From: Haliotis rubra
Lineage: Eukaryota
NCBI RefSeq assembly: GCF_003918875.1
Contig: NW_025767651.1
Span: forward strand, 310,001 to 374,000
Direction: 5' to 3'
DNA: 64,000 nt
The first letter of the stretch is position 1. The number at the start of each line of letters is the position of its first letter. The translations under genes and the position numbers were made by a program. Below the pieces are notes generated by a model. It was given only the letters and a program-made list of their open reading frames with translations, was not told where the DNA came from and searched no databases. This document shows, piece after piece, positions 37,997 through 49,538 of this stretch.

Positions 37997-38339
37997 GGTG
38001 GTGGTGGTGGAATTGGGTTTAACGTCGTGCTTGAGAATATTCGCTCATATGACGACGTGCATGCGTGTGTATGTGTATGTGCGGCTGCTTGTACTAGCCC
38101 AGACTGAAGTTGGTTTTATAGTACTAGCCCACTGAGATACCATGCCGCAGTGAAGCATGAATACCCCACTCAGACACATTATACTGACTCCGAGCCGACC
38201 AGTCCTTGTTGTACCCATTAATGCCGAGCGCCAGGCAGGGACCAACAAGTACCATATTTTAACGTCTTTTGGTATGACGCAGTCGGGGATCGAACCCGCG
38301 ACCTTCCGCACTCCGGACGAACGCTCTAACCACTACACC
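37997..38339 (-). mobile_element. SINE family C copy
   Basis: Near-identical to 43808-44164; exact 13-bp TSD aggaggtataagc. Confidence 0.88.
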
Positions 38340-38689
38340 AGGAGGTATAAGCTTTCATTAGACAATATCACGCGGGTGGATCTCAATAGTTAAGGGAAAA
38401 GAAGCGTTGTGACTTGTAATATTATGCAAAAGAATACCCAGTCTTGAATATCCTTAGAACAAAATGCCTAAAAATGAAAGTTTACTTTTTTGCCGGACGA
38501 CGGCATGGTAATAAACCAGACAATCAAGTGATCGATGAACCGGAACATCCAGTTAGATAATTTGGAATTATGACTGCTGTGTGAAAGTTCAGAGATTCTG
38601 ATGCTTTTGATGAAAAACTTTAACTCATTTGAGAAATTGAATCGTTTTACGACATATTTGGTTTGTTGCGTGATGTACATACAACAGAC

Positions 38690-38843
38690 TTACAGACTGA
38701 GTTTTGGTTTTACGCCGCTTTTAGCAATATTCCAGCAGGGGACACCAGAAATGGGCTTCACACATTGTACCCATGTTGGGATTCGAACCCGTGTCTTCGG
38801 CGTGACGAGCCAACGCTTTAACCATTAGGCTACCCCACCGCCG
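38690..38843 (-). mobile_element. SINE family A copy
   Basis: TSD gatgtacatacaa. Confidence 0.85.
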
Positions 38844-38923
38844 CGATGTACATACAAACCCATCATGGACCCTTCTATAGTCTGTCTTACAGAGCCTGAA
38901 ACAAACATATCCAAGAAAGCCTA

Positions 38924-39127
38924 TAGTCTGTCTCACAGTCCCTGAACCATATTATTTCCCCCAATGATTAGCCCTCTCTGCAGTGCTAAAGCCCTAAATG
39001 AAGCAAGTCTAGATTTCCTCAGGTTCAGGATCTGAATCTCTGGTCTCCCTGGGGCTCCTTTTCAATTTAAATGGGCTTGTTTGTTACTATCAAAATTATA
39101 TGTATTCAGGGACTAAAGGTTAGTCTA
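38924..39127. mobile_element. MITE family D copy (opposite orientation) nested in a related element
   Basis: Reverse complement of the 48578 and 49341 copies; TSD gaaagccta/gaaaaccca. Decayed relatives lie near 32480, 33476-33620, 40948-41510, 60540 and 63060-63200. Confidence 0.7.
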
Positions 39128-39511
39128 GAAAACCCACGCAAGTCTAGATTACAACAGTTTGAAGAAAGACACTAGGTTCATTTTCTTTATATCTTGTTAT
39201 CATAATTGATGAACCGTTTTTATTCTGTAAAATATGCTGATTTCAGAGACTGGATGTTAGTCTGAACTAGCATTGCGCGAGTAGGTGAGTGGGTGTCAGT
39301 GGCCTGGTGCCGGGATGAGTGAGTGAGTGAGTGATACGCCGACTGAAAGCTTGAGCAATGAAAAACGTTAGGTAATACATAACAAAACTAGACAGAAAAC
39401 ATGTAATTAAAATATTATTCAAATCAACGTAATTTCATCTATTGTTCAATCAACTTCCACATTAAACTTACTGATATAAAAAGAAATATGTATAAGCTAT
39501 AAAATACTAAA

Positions 39512-39514
<3 letters not shown>

Positions 39515-39594
<80 letters not shown>
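39515..39594. repeat. (GA)n microsatellite
   Basis: Read directly. Confidence 0.97.
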
Positions 39595-39598
<4 letters not shown>

Positions 39599-40087
39599 GT
39601 TCAAGGTATGATCTATATAAGTCCTCTAAGAGCCTTATCCAACCAGAAATATATTTATCTGTATTGACATCAAGAAATATCAGACGCACATTTGTTCAGC
39701 TCCGACTAGGTTTATTAGATTTAAGTATTAATAAAGGTAGAAGATTGTCTATAGACAGAAATATGAGAATTTGTCCATTATGCACTTCATCTATTGAAGA
39801 TGAAATTCATTTTATATTTGTATGTCCATATTATGATGATCTTAGAAGAAAATATATTTCAAGTAATTATCTATCAAAATATCCAACAATAGCCTTTGTC
39901 TCGATTCTCACTTCCAGAAATGAAACTGTTATCCGTAACCTTTCTCTATTTGTAAAACATGCTGTTGTCTTGAGAAATGATAGGTTATCTGAGCAATAAC
40001 CATTATAATTGCCATTGTATTATGTACTGTAGTTATGTATATGTATGTAACTCCTTGTATATGGGCCGGAGGCCTTGAATACAATAA
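39595..40087 (+). mobile_element. LINE ORF2 C-terminal zinc-knuckle fragment (RTE-X-like), 5'-truncated
   Basis: LRLG...GR....RNMRICPLC...EDEIHFIFVCPYYDDLRRKYI (CCHC). The 3' UTR runs into an N gap. Confidence 0.8.
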
Positions 40088-40248
40088 NNNNNNNNNNNNN
40101 NNNNNNNNNNNNNNNNNNNNNNNNNNNNNNNNNNNNNNNNNNNNNNNNNNNNNNNNNNNNNNNNNNNNNNNNNNNNNNNNNNNNNNNNNNNNNNNNNNNN
40201 NNNNNNNNNNNNNNNNNNNNNNNNNNNNNNNNNNNNNNNNNNNNNNNN
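40088..40248. other. Assembly gap
   Basis: Run of N. Confidence 0.99.
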
Positions 40249-41763
40249 TTTCAACAGAATGGCTAACATCGAAAGCTTGCTTTCCTCTGGACTAAGTTTA
40301 GCCAATTTATATTGAAAAGGAGTCAGAGATTCAGAACAGACTTGATTTGGGGCTTTAATACAGTATTAATGTTTAATCTGAGACAGATCCTCCTGCACGA
40401 AGTTGACCCGTCGTGTTACAACTGAAATACAATTATAATGTTTAATCTCACATACTCCCACAAGAGAGAGAGCGGGTGCAGTTCCATCTTTCCTTGTTTT
40501 GTTATCAAGTTATACCCATAACGGTACATGACTTTCACAATGAGCTGTATAATCACTAGCAAGCGTATACCAATGATGCATATTTCACGCCTGCGGGTAA
40601 ACGCTTTTCGCCCCAGCTGTGAGCCAGAGGCCCGTTATGTAAGTCCGCCCATACATACTGACACACAGGGTGAGTCGTCCAGAAACACCGCGATAACTTT
40701 CGTCAGATGGTCATGCACGTGGTCAGTCTGACTGTGAGGCAAGGGTCAGTTGGGCAGTTGGGAATGTAATTACCAAATAATGGCACAACCATTGATGCAA
40801 ACAGCCGATAGACCACTGACGCCTTCGATGATACAGAAGATGGCGTCAGTGATTATCGTTTAATTGATGCGTTTCAACGAAGGCCTGGGTTGGTACACGG
40901 CAGTTATAATTAGTGGTATCGACTTCAGAAACAGGAACTCAGATCCATAGTCTGTCATACAGACCGGGAAACAAATACATCAGTAGATTACCACAGTTTA
41001 AAAATGAAGAAAGTCTCTGGGCTCCTTTTTACTATATTCTATGAACATAACTTAGGTACTGTTTTTCATTAAAATATGGTCCTCCTGAGAGGGTTCGTAA
41101 GTCCCAAAACTTTCAAGGTCAACTTAGCTCTACTAAACTTTTAATCATAGTAGGCTGAAGGGATGGTGTATATCCAACTAGGGTCTATGCGGGTAGCAAA
41201 ATCAGTGAAAGTCCCCATGGTCCCTAGTATGGTGATCTACCTTCAGTTGCTAGCGATACTCAGCCCGTGTTTTATGTTGATATAAAATGTTAGAGATAGA
41301 TGCCAGTTTTAATTCTTGTTTCTGTGATATTCTAGTCGCTTTTACTGTCCTTCGTCGACAGGTTTTTAAAAACTATTAACTGCATTTATCATGAATTTGT
41401 AACTATTTTTAGTCACGATATGGCTGAAATACTGCAGATGTGACTATAAACTTTAACTCACTCACTCACAAATGAAATTATGTTGATTTCAGAGAGTAGA
41501 TGTTATTCTGCTATAACCGCTGTATGTCGTAGATCTCCTATATAGAAGCTGTGTTGTTCCACATTAGGCCAAACTTACTCTGTTTCTGACAAATGGCCAT
41601 ATACGTGAATGCAAACAAAACAATGAGAGACTCAGATTATATCTGAAACGAAAATAGAATTCTCATCAATACTAAACCGTTAATAGATTCGAATACATAC
41701 AGACCAATGTGAGGGACAGAACGCATTGAGGCTTTTGAGACAAATAGTTTTGAAAATGTAGAA

Positions 41764-42012
41764 TGAGTGCGTGAATGAGTTTAGTTTTACGCCGCACTCA
41801 ACAATATTCCAGCTATATGGCGGCGCTCTGTAAATAATCGAGTCTGGACCAGACAATCCAGTGATCAACAGCATGAGCATCGATCTGCGCAATTGGGAAC
41901 CGATGACATGTGTCAACCAAGTCAGCGAGCCTGACCACCCGATCCCGTTAGTCGCGTCTTACGACAAGCATGGGTTACTGAAGGGACATTCTAACCCGGA
42001 CCTTCACGGGTC
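41764..42012 (-). mobile_element. Retroposon family B (~245 bp, structured non-tRNA head, same tail as A), representative copy
   Basis: gacccgtgaag...cttgtcgtaagaggcgactaacgggatc...atagctggaatattgctgagtgcggcgtaaaac(ACTC)n; 13-bp TSD tgaaaatgtagaa. About 20 copies or fragments in the window. Confidence 0.9.
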
Positions 42013-42885
42013 TCTGAAAATGTAGAAAGTGTCTGGTGGCTTAGTCATATTTTATAAACACAATTACAGTACTTTCTTTCTGTGAAATATGTCCGCTTCA
42101 GAGACTAGATGTGAGTCTAATGTGTACTACCCCCACGCGCGAATCTAAAGGAAGGTCAAGGTCAAGTCAGCCGAAATTGCCAGGAGGCAAACTCTTGAAA
42201 ACACTTAAAGCAACAACAGAGCTACTTTGGTGTTCTTCAAGTTGATGGCCAGGCTCAATCACATAAAGTCTGGCTGACAACCAAGGTATCTCGGATCTAT
42301 TTCTGGTTTTAATTCGTGAAACGTTTGCAACCTACCGCGTTAAACGTCGTTTGCACGTTTGCCGTATATATGGTCCGACTTCGGTTTTAAATTGCCCGTA
42401 TCTGACTGAATGTTGGTGTGTGAAGACTACTTCAGATAAAGAATATAGCTAGTATAGTACGTTAAATATGTTATCATTGATCATGCTCTCAAGTACTGGT
42501 TTGCTTGAACCAGATTCGAACATTTACATCACCCCCTTTCTCTTGGATGTTGTTTTGGTACAAGAGCGGTACTCGGATAGCTATCATTCCACACATACAG
42601 GGAAATGTCTTTAGTTTGAAGACAGGAAAATATACCACTTGGAATTACGTGTTGGTCGAAACAATAGAGGGAATATATGGATGTCAACGTCTTATATATA
42701 CTTGACCTCCCAAGAGAACCTGTTTTCTACAACAACGCCCTGTATCTATCTTAATCAGTACAATGATTATTCCATTGTAGCCTCCCCCCCAAAACCCCCA
42801 AAACAACAACAACAACAACAAAAGAAAAGAATAATAAAAAAAAAATCAAACATACCATGGTCAGCTATGACGCCATCGGTCTCAT

Positions 42886-43678
42886 GGGTACCGGCCAAAA
42901 GCCCCCCAGGACAAAAACCCCTTGGCACAAAAGCCCCTCGCTAATTTGAGCACCCCTGTCAAAAGCCCCTCGATTCATGTATTTCATAAATGAATGAACA
43001 TTTCTCATGGCTCTTATATATTTTTAACAATATTTTAAGTAGGGAAAAGTATTTTATATTTTATAAAGTATGATGAACTTTTCTCTTTGCTCTTATATAT
43101 TTTAAACAGTATTGAAAGCATTTTATGTAAAGGAAATGGAGATAATGGGATAATTCTTACTCAGAAAGTCTGCAACCTATAAAGTCATTGGTAGTTTGCA
43201 AAACAAACGTTTCTCACAGCCAAACTCAGGCCATCTGTTGTTTTGATGACTTTGTTTCCTCCATAGGCCACGACATTAAGGGGCGTTGATTTGTTTATTT
43301 ATTAATTAGGATGCAATACAATTTTTCATGTCATTAATCATTTCTTGTTGATTTGTTACAATTTATTTGATGATATTTATTTCTTATTCACTAAAATTAT
43401 TTGCTAATTACATTTTAATTTATATATCATTTAGAATCATTATGTTATGAGTGAGTGAGTGAGTTTAGTTTTACGCCGCACTCACCAATAGTCTAGCTAT
43501 ATGGCGGCGGTCTGTAAATTTTATATTATGAAGCAATAAAGTTTTTCATGTCATTGATCATTTCTTGTCTTTAATCTTATTTTCCCCATTAATACATAAA
43601 GTGAGGGGCTTTTGGTTATTTTTCGAGGGGCTTTTTTACCAAGGGGCTTTTGTCCTGAGGGGCTTTTGACCTAGACTC
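42886..43678. mobile_element. Non-autonomous DNA transposon (MULE-like MITE)
   Basis: Inverted subterminal aaaagcccc / ggggctttt arrays; exact 8-bp TSD ggtctcat (42878-42885 and 43679-43686). Confidence 0.8.
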
Positions 43679-43807
43679 GGTCTCATCACCATCATCCCTT
43701 TACATGCAGCCCAGCTGGACATCTGTCGCAACAAGCTCCAAAACCAGATATGACGCCGCCAGAACGATCTAGTCAAGGATCTCGGTATCAGGATCTCAGT
43801 ACCAGAG

Positions 43808-44164
43808 GTGAGGTGAGGTGAAATTGGGTTTAACGTCGTGCTTGAGAATATTGCACTCATATGACGACGTGCATGCGTGTGTATGTGTATGTGCGGCTGC
43901 TTGTACTAGCCCAGACTTAAGCTGGTTTTATAGTGCTAGCCCACTGAGATACCATGCCGCAGTGAAGCATGAATACCCTACTCAGACACATTATACTGAC
44001 TCCGAGCCGACCAGTCCTTGTTGTACCCATTAATGCCGAGCGCCAGGCAGGGACCAACAAGTACCATATTTTAACGTCTTTTGGTATGACGCGGCCGGGG
44101 ATCGAACCCGCGACCTTCCGCTCTCCGAGCGGACGCTCTAACCACTACACCACGGAGGCGGTTG
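43808..44164 (-). mobile_element. SINE family C (tRNA head + Meta/MESC-like core, ~350 bp)
   Basis: A box tggtgtagtgg, B box ggttcgatcc; core gtcataccaaaagacgttaaaatatggtac...cctgcctggcgctcggcatt; tail ..cacgacgttaaac; exact 13-bp TSD ctcagtaccagag. Confidence 0.88.
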
Positions 44165-44423
44165 CTCAGTACCAGAGATTTGTTCACCGTGGCGACCGAA
44201 ATCAATCAACACTTTCTCTCCCTAGATGTGGCCCTCCACACTACCGACGATGAATTAAGGACATCAGTGTACCACAAGCACACAGAGACCTGTATATCCA
44301 CTTTATTTCCTTCCACGATCCCCATACCGACCATCATCTCCACCCAATTCCATTTAGCATCCTGATGCTTGCCGGAGTTGAACCGTCACAATTAAACCTT
44401 CACTTCTCCAATCAGTTACCCTA

Positions 44424-44800
44424 ATAAATAATAATAATGTGTCCATTTTATATAGCGCCAAACTCCACACTAGGTATGCTCATAGCGCTAACAATCAAGG
44501 CACAGCACATTATTACCCCAGATAACCCAAGCTGCCTGTTAGGCGCTAGAAGGTTATAGTCATATGACTTTTTCCACCGGGTACCCATTTTCCTGCTTGG
44601 TGAACAGAGACAATTTTGAACAAACTCACTTGCCTAAGCTAGACCACATGTGTCACATGTGCTTCGTTGTGGGTCAGGACTCAAGTCCTAGAAACTCTCA
44701 GGAGTCAAGCTGCCAAACACGGTCACCCATCCAAGGACTCTCCGAGCTCGACGCTGCTTAACTTCACCGATTTGTGACCTGAGCTTTGAGCACAGGACCC
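44424..44800 (-). mobile_element. 5S rRNA-derived SINE (SINE3) with Deu/Nin-like core and L2-type tail
   Basis: Minus strand: atcggtgaagttaagcagcgtcgagctcggagagtccttggatgggtgacc (5S internal control region-like, 44721-44771); ttcaccaagcaggaaaatgggtacccgg core; tail ggcgctatataaaat..(ATT)n. Confidence 0.75.
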
Positions 44801-45372
44801 TACACCCATAGTCCGAGAAATAATCAAAACCATACCATCGTGAAGAAATGTACCTGCCGACCAGCAACACCTGGCACCAATGGAAGCGACAAGAGGCCAT
44901 TGACATCAGGAGATACCAACCAGCCATGAACCTTGCCAAGGAACCTATTTGCCTTAATTAGTCCCGCAGTGTTCCATTTGTCCGTTGTTGTCACACTTCA
45001 GCGCCAATTACCCCACCCGTCTCATTAGTCTATTGCTTATAACCAATTACAACTGTATTAGTTCTTAACTTCCAATTGTCCACGCTAATCACCAAACATC
45101 GCTACTGAACCGTCGACCCCCTCTACCTATCTTAACTTATTACTTTTGTTCTTGCATGTATTCCATGTTCTCTCGTGCAAGCAGCCTGTGAAGATCCGGG
45201 TTAGAATTGTTCTTCAGCAACCAGTAATCGTCTTGAGAAGCGACGAACGGGATCGGGTGGTCAGGCTCGCTGTTTCGGTTGACACATATCACCGTAGCCC
45301 AGTTGCTTAGATCCATGCTCATGCTGCTGATCACTGGAATGTTTGGTCCAGAGTCAATTATTTACAGAGGAC

Positions 45373-45584
45373 NNNNNNNNNNNNNNNNNNNNNNNNNNNN
45401 NNNNNNNNNNNNNNNNNNNNNNNNNNNNNNNNNNNNNNNNNNNNNNNNNNNNNNNNNNNNNNNNNNNNNNNNNNNNNNNNNNNNNNNNNNNNNNNNNNNN
45501 NNNNNNNNNNNNNNNNNNNNNNNNNNNNNNNNNNNNNNNNNNNNNNNNNNNNNNNNNNNNNNNNNNNNNNNNNNNNNNNNNNNN
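45373..45584. other. Assembly gap
   Basis: Run of N. Confidence 0.99.
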
Positions 45585-46369
45585 GGATGATGGCAGAGCA
45601 AGCTTATATTGAGTTGTCTTCATCATTATAATGAAGCTGACATCCAACTATACACTAAATGAAGTTCAAGACTTGATATGATAATCAGACAAGAGAGTTG
45701 ATGAGATTTCTGCCAGGACCATAAGGTCACTTCGTCTTAAACGATGTTTCGAAAACAAAGCACTTCGACGTAAAATCTGTCACTGTATTGGAAAGCTGAA
45801 TCGATTCGTAAAAGGTATCGAAACTGACAAACATTTTATCTGACAAAAATTATCCACGTTTCCAAATGTTAATGGGATGAAAACAGTCTCCCAGACACAG
45901 CAAACAATATCACTAAATAACAGCCGTATCAAACTGATCTTCGGGGAGGAACCATTTCTTATCTGTTTCGTCGTTTCTACGGTCAAATAAACAAATACAT
46001 AGCTTTCCTTCAGTTACTGTTTTTTCTCACACAGACAAGGAAGTAACGATTTTGAAGAAGTGTTGTATTCACTGGATGATCGTACCTCTTCTTTAAGTGG
46101 AGACATGTTGTCAGGATTACTTCCGGAGTGTGGTCGGCTACTAATTAACGCTGATTAAGCTATCAGCAATTGTATGGCTCATACTAACATCTGTCCGACC
46201 ATACTGCTCTGGGAATTGAAGAAATATGCAGTAAATATAGCTAGTTGGGACACGATGATTTAATTACCGCAAAACACGGAAACACATGCTCTGTTTTATC
46301 ATGCGATGAATACAGAGAGATTATGTATGGCTAGACTTACGCTAAGTCTCTTAATAGATATATTTAGGA

Positions 46370-46530
46370 GATAAACATCATGTGTTGGCCAATTTCCGGG
46401 TGTTATTGAGTATTTGAAGCACGGGAATATTGAAATATTCCCGTGCTTCAAATACTCAATAACACCGAAATATTCCCGTGCTTCAAATACTCAATAACAC
46501 CCGGAAATTGGCCTACACATGATGTTTATC
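46370..46530. repeat. Near-perfect inverted repeat (~62-bp arms) with an internal 35-bp duplication
   Basis: gataaacatcatgtg...cacgggaatatt / aatattcccgtg...cacatgatgtttatc. Confidence 0.9.
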
Positions 46531-46905
46531 GACATTGCAAACACAAAAGTAAACCAAAAGGTCCACACACGTTTTTGTGTCTGCACTCATTGACATCGAG
46601 TACGGGTACCGCAGTGAAATGTCATCAGACGGCCGTTTCGGCTGTCTCCCATGGTAGCATCTGGAACTGCTCATTTGTGACGTCATTCGGACTTTACGTC
46701 ACAATATGATTTTAATGACGTCATCACAGCTGACGACGTAACAATACAATGGTGTGAGCGATGTTTGTATGTATTAATACGCAGCGAATTTCCGGGAATC
46801 GAATACCATTTGATCACATTTTTCAACCAATCAGATTAAAGAACACAGTGACTTTTGGTTTACAATTTTGATTGAAACAAATACTTCTTGGACTGTATAT
46901 CAACG

Positions 46906-47066
46906 AGTGAATGTGTGAGTGAGTTTAGTGTTACGCCTCTCTTAGCAATATTCCAGCAATATCACGGAGGGGGACACCAGAAATTGGCTTGTACCCATGT
47001 GGTGAATCGAACCCGAGTCTTTGGTGTAACGAGCGAACACTTTAACCACTAGGCTACCCACCGCCC
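46906..47066 (-). mobile_element. SINE family A copy
   Basis: Diverged reverse-complement match. Confidence 0.8.
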
Positions 47067-47214
47067 ATGTATGACAACGAAATGTCATAACTGTATCATA
47101 AGATGTAAAGAGAGCGTTAGTTTGGATTACGCTTTAGTCAGGAATTAGTTGGGATGCAAGTCATTCTGGATTTGCGTGAGTCAGGAATCACAGTACTAAA
47201 TCACGTTGATCTGA

Positions 47215-47660
47215 ACCACGTTTGTTCGGATCCACGTTAGTCAGGAAGCACATAGTCCGGATCCACTTTCATCAGGAATTACGTTTGTTCGGATCCACGT
47301 CACTCTGGAACCACATAGTCCGGATCCACTTTCATCAGGAATTACGTTTGTTCGGATCCACGTCACTCTGGAACCAAATAGTCCGGATCCACTTTCATCA
47401 GTAATTACGTTTGTTCGGATCCACGTCACTCTGGAACCACATAGTCCGGATCCACTTTCATCAGGAATTACGTTTGTTCGGATCCACGTCACACTGGAAC
47501 AACGTTAGTCAGGTTTTGTGTGAGGCAGGAACCAGAGTACGTCAGTTCGGATTCATGCTTATCAGGAGCCAAATGTGTGAGGAAACACGTTAGTTCCGAC
47601 CCAAGATAGTCAGGTAACCCACCCGCACGTCGGATCCAAGTTAGTCAGAACCACGTCAAT
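47215..47660. repeat. Minisatellite, 63-bp higher-order unit (two ggatccac subunits)
   Basis: ttacgtttgttcggatccacgtcactctggaaccacatagtccggatccactttcatcaggaa. Confidence 0.9.
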
Positions 47661-47737
47661 ATGAATGTATAGTATGTACTCGTTTAATTGAACAGAACAG
47701 ACAGGTATATCTAAATTGAACATGTATGACATTTGTT

Positions 47738-47970
47738 GAGTGAATGAGTGAGTTTAGTTTTACGCCGCACTCAGCAATTTTGTAACTATATGGGGCTGTC
47801 TGTAAATAATCGAATTTGGATCAGTCAATCCAGTGATCAACAGCATGAGCATCGATCTTCGGAATTGGGATACGATGACTTGTGTTAATCAAGTCTTCGA
47901 GCCTGACCACCCGATCCCGTTAGTCGCCTGGGTTACTGAAGAACAATTCTAACCCGCATCTTCACGGGTC
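47738..47970 (-). mobile_element. Family B copy
   Basis: Near full length. Confidence 0.85.
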
Positions 47971-48577
47971 TGCGAAATTTGTGGACTCACGACTGTGACT
48001 CATTTAGAAATAACGTTATCGAAAGCGGCGTAAAAACATATCTAGTCACTCAGATGTAAAATAATAATAACAACAGAATGTCAGCTGATTGTTTTCTGAA
48101 ATCAGCTTGTTTGTTATAATCCTTCCAGAACATGGATCTACTAACGGTAATGAGTATTTTGATCACCAAACCTTAACAGAGACCAAGTCTTTTCCCAGTC
48201 GTGCTCATACAGGGAAGAGGAAATGGTTCTATTGCTGGAATGCGAGACCGGATAATATAATAAGACAGTTGTCTAGTCTGAACACGTGATCGTCCCTGGA
48301 GCGTCATAAGAGCACGCACGTTCAACAAGTTGGCTTGCAATGTTGGTCTGGATTCTTGTGGTTTTTGTTAAACTCCTGGCACCGCATCAAGGAATCGGCT
48401 CCATGAGCCATGTCGGAAGCAGAGACTGTTGTGGAGATACAAATATTGTTGTAATGCGACACTGGTGCCAAATATGCAACACGTGCACGGGGGAGGGGTT
48501 CGGCAGGGGTGGTAGCTCCAGCATATGGTGTTGTGAGGTAGAAACCTTGTACGTGGGACTGTGTGTACTGGGGAGGG

Positions 48578-48767
48578 TAGACTAATGCTTAGTCTCTGAA
48601 TATGTATAATTTTGATAGTAACAAACAAGCCCATTTAAATTGAAAAGGAGCCCCAGGGAGACCAGAGATTCAGGAAATCTAGACTGGCTTTATTTAGGGC
48701 TTTAGCACCGCAGAGAGGGCTTGGCAGTAGGGAAAATAATGTGGTTCAGGGACTGTGAGACAGACTA
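48578..48767. mobile_element. MITE family D copy
   Basis: Near-identical to 49341-49538; degenerate 9-bp TSD. Confidence 0.75.
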
Positions 48768-49340
48768 GGGGGAAGGGTACGGCAGGGGTGATAGCTTCAG
48801 CATATGGTGTTGTGAGGTAGTATCTAGCAACGTGTGTCTGTGTGGAGGATTGTAGAGGTGGGATGAAGATGCAGATGGGATACAGAATATGATCGACATG
48901 GTGTGGATGAGTCACGGTTTATATGTCTCTCTCCATCCTCTTCTTCATACACAAACGCAGCAATAACACATCGAACAAGTTGCATACCATGTGTGATAGA
49001 CTTGCAAGGGTCTCTACAATATTATCTAAAATCCTAATTCCTTAGTCTACACACAACAAGGACACGCTTGTTGTTTAACGTCGCACGTTTTCGACTATGT
49101 GACGGCTGTCTGTGAATCTGATGTGATCTGGACCACACAATCCAGTGATTGACATTATGAACATAGATTTACGCGATCTGGATGCGATGACGATGCATAA
49201 ACCAAGTCAGCGAGCCTGACAACCCGATCCCGTTGGTCGCCTCTTACGACAAGCATGGGTAGCTGTAGATAAGTTCTAACCCGGATCTTCACGAGTAAGG
49301 AGCACATTGTTCCTTTGGACAACAGGCGTCCCTGGAGGTT

Positions 49341-49538
49341 TAGACTAAGGCTTAGTCTCTGAATGTATATAATTTTGATAGTAACAAACAAGCCCATTTA
49401 TATTGAAAAGGACCCCTAGGGAGACCAGAGATTCAGAACCTGAGGAAATCTAGACTTGCTTTATTTAGGGCTTTAGCACCGCAGAGAGGGCTTGGCAGTT
49501 GGGAAATTAATGTGGTTCAGGGACTGTGAGACAGCCTA
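49341..49538. mobile_element. ~200-bp MITE family D (TAG...CTA termini, AcademH-like)
   Basis: Imperfect TIRs tagactaaggcttagtctctgaa / ttcagggactgtgagacagccta; exact 9-bp TSD ctggaggtt. Confidence 0.75.

Larger units (their letters stand above)
42850..44960 (+). mobile_element. Penelope-like element remnant (RT + GIY-YIG) with nested insertions
   Basis: With inserts removed: MVSYDAIGLITIIP..LDICRNKLQN (RT motif), FLSLDV..ELRTSVYHKHTET, and WHQWKRQEAIDIRRYQPAMN (GIY-YIG C-terminus). Confidence 0.75.

Noticed and set aside
44721-44771. 5S rRNA gene
   Set aside because: Partial, diverged and fused to a SINE core and tail.
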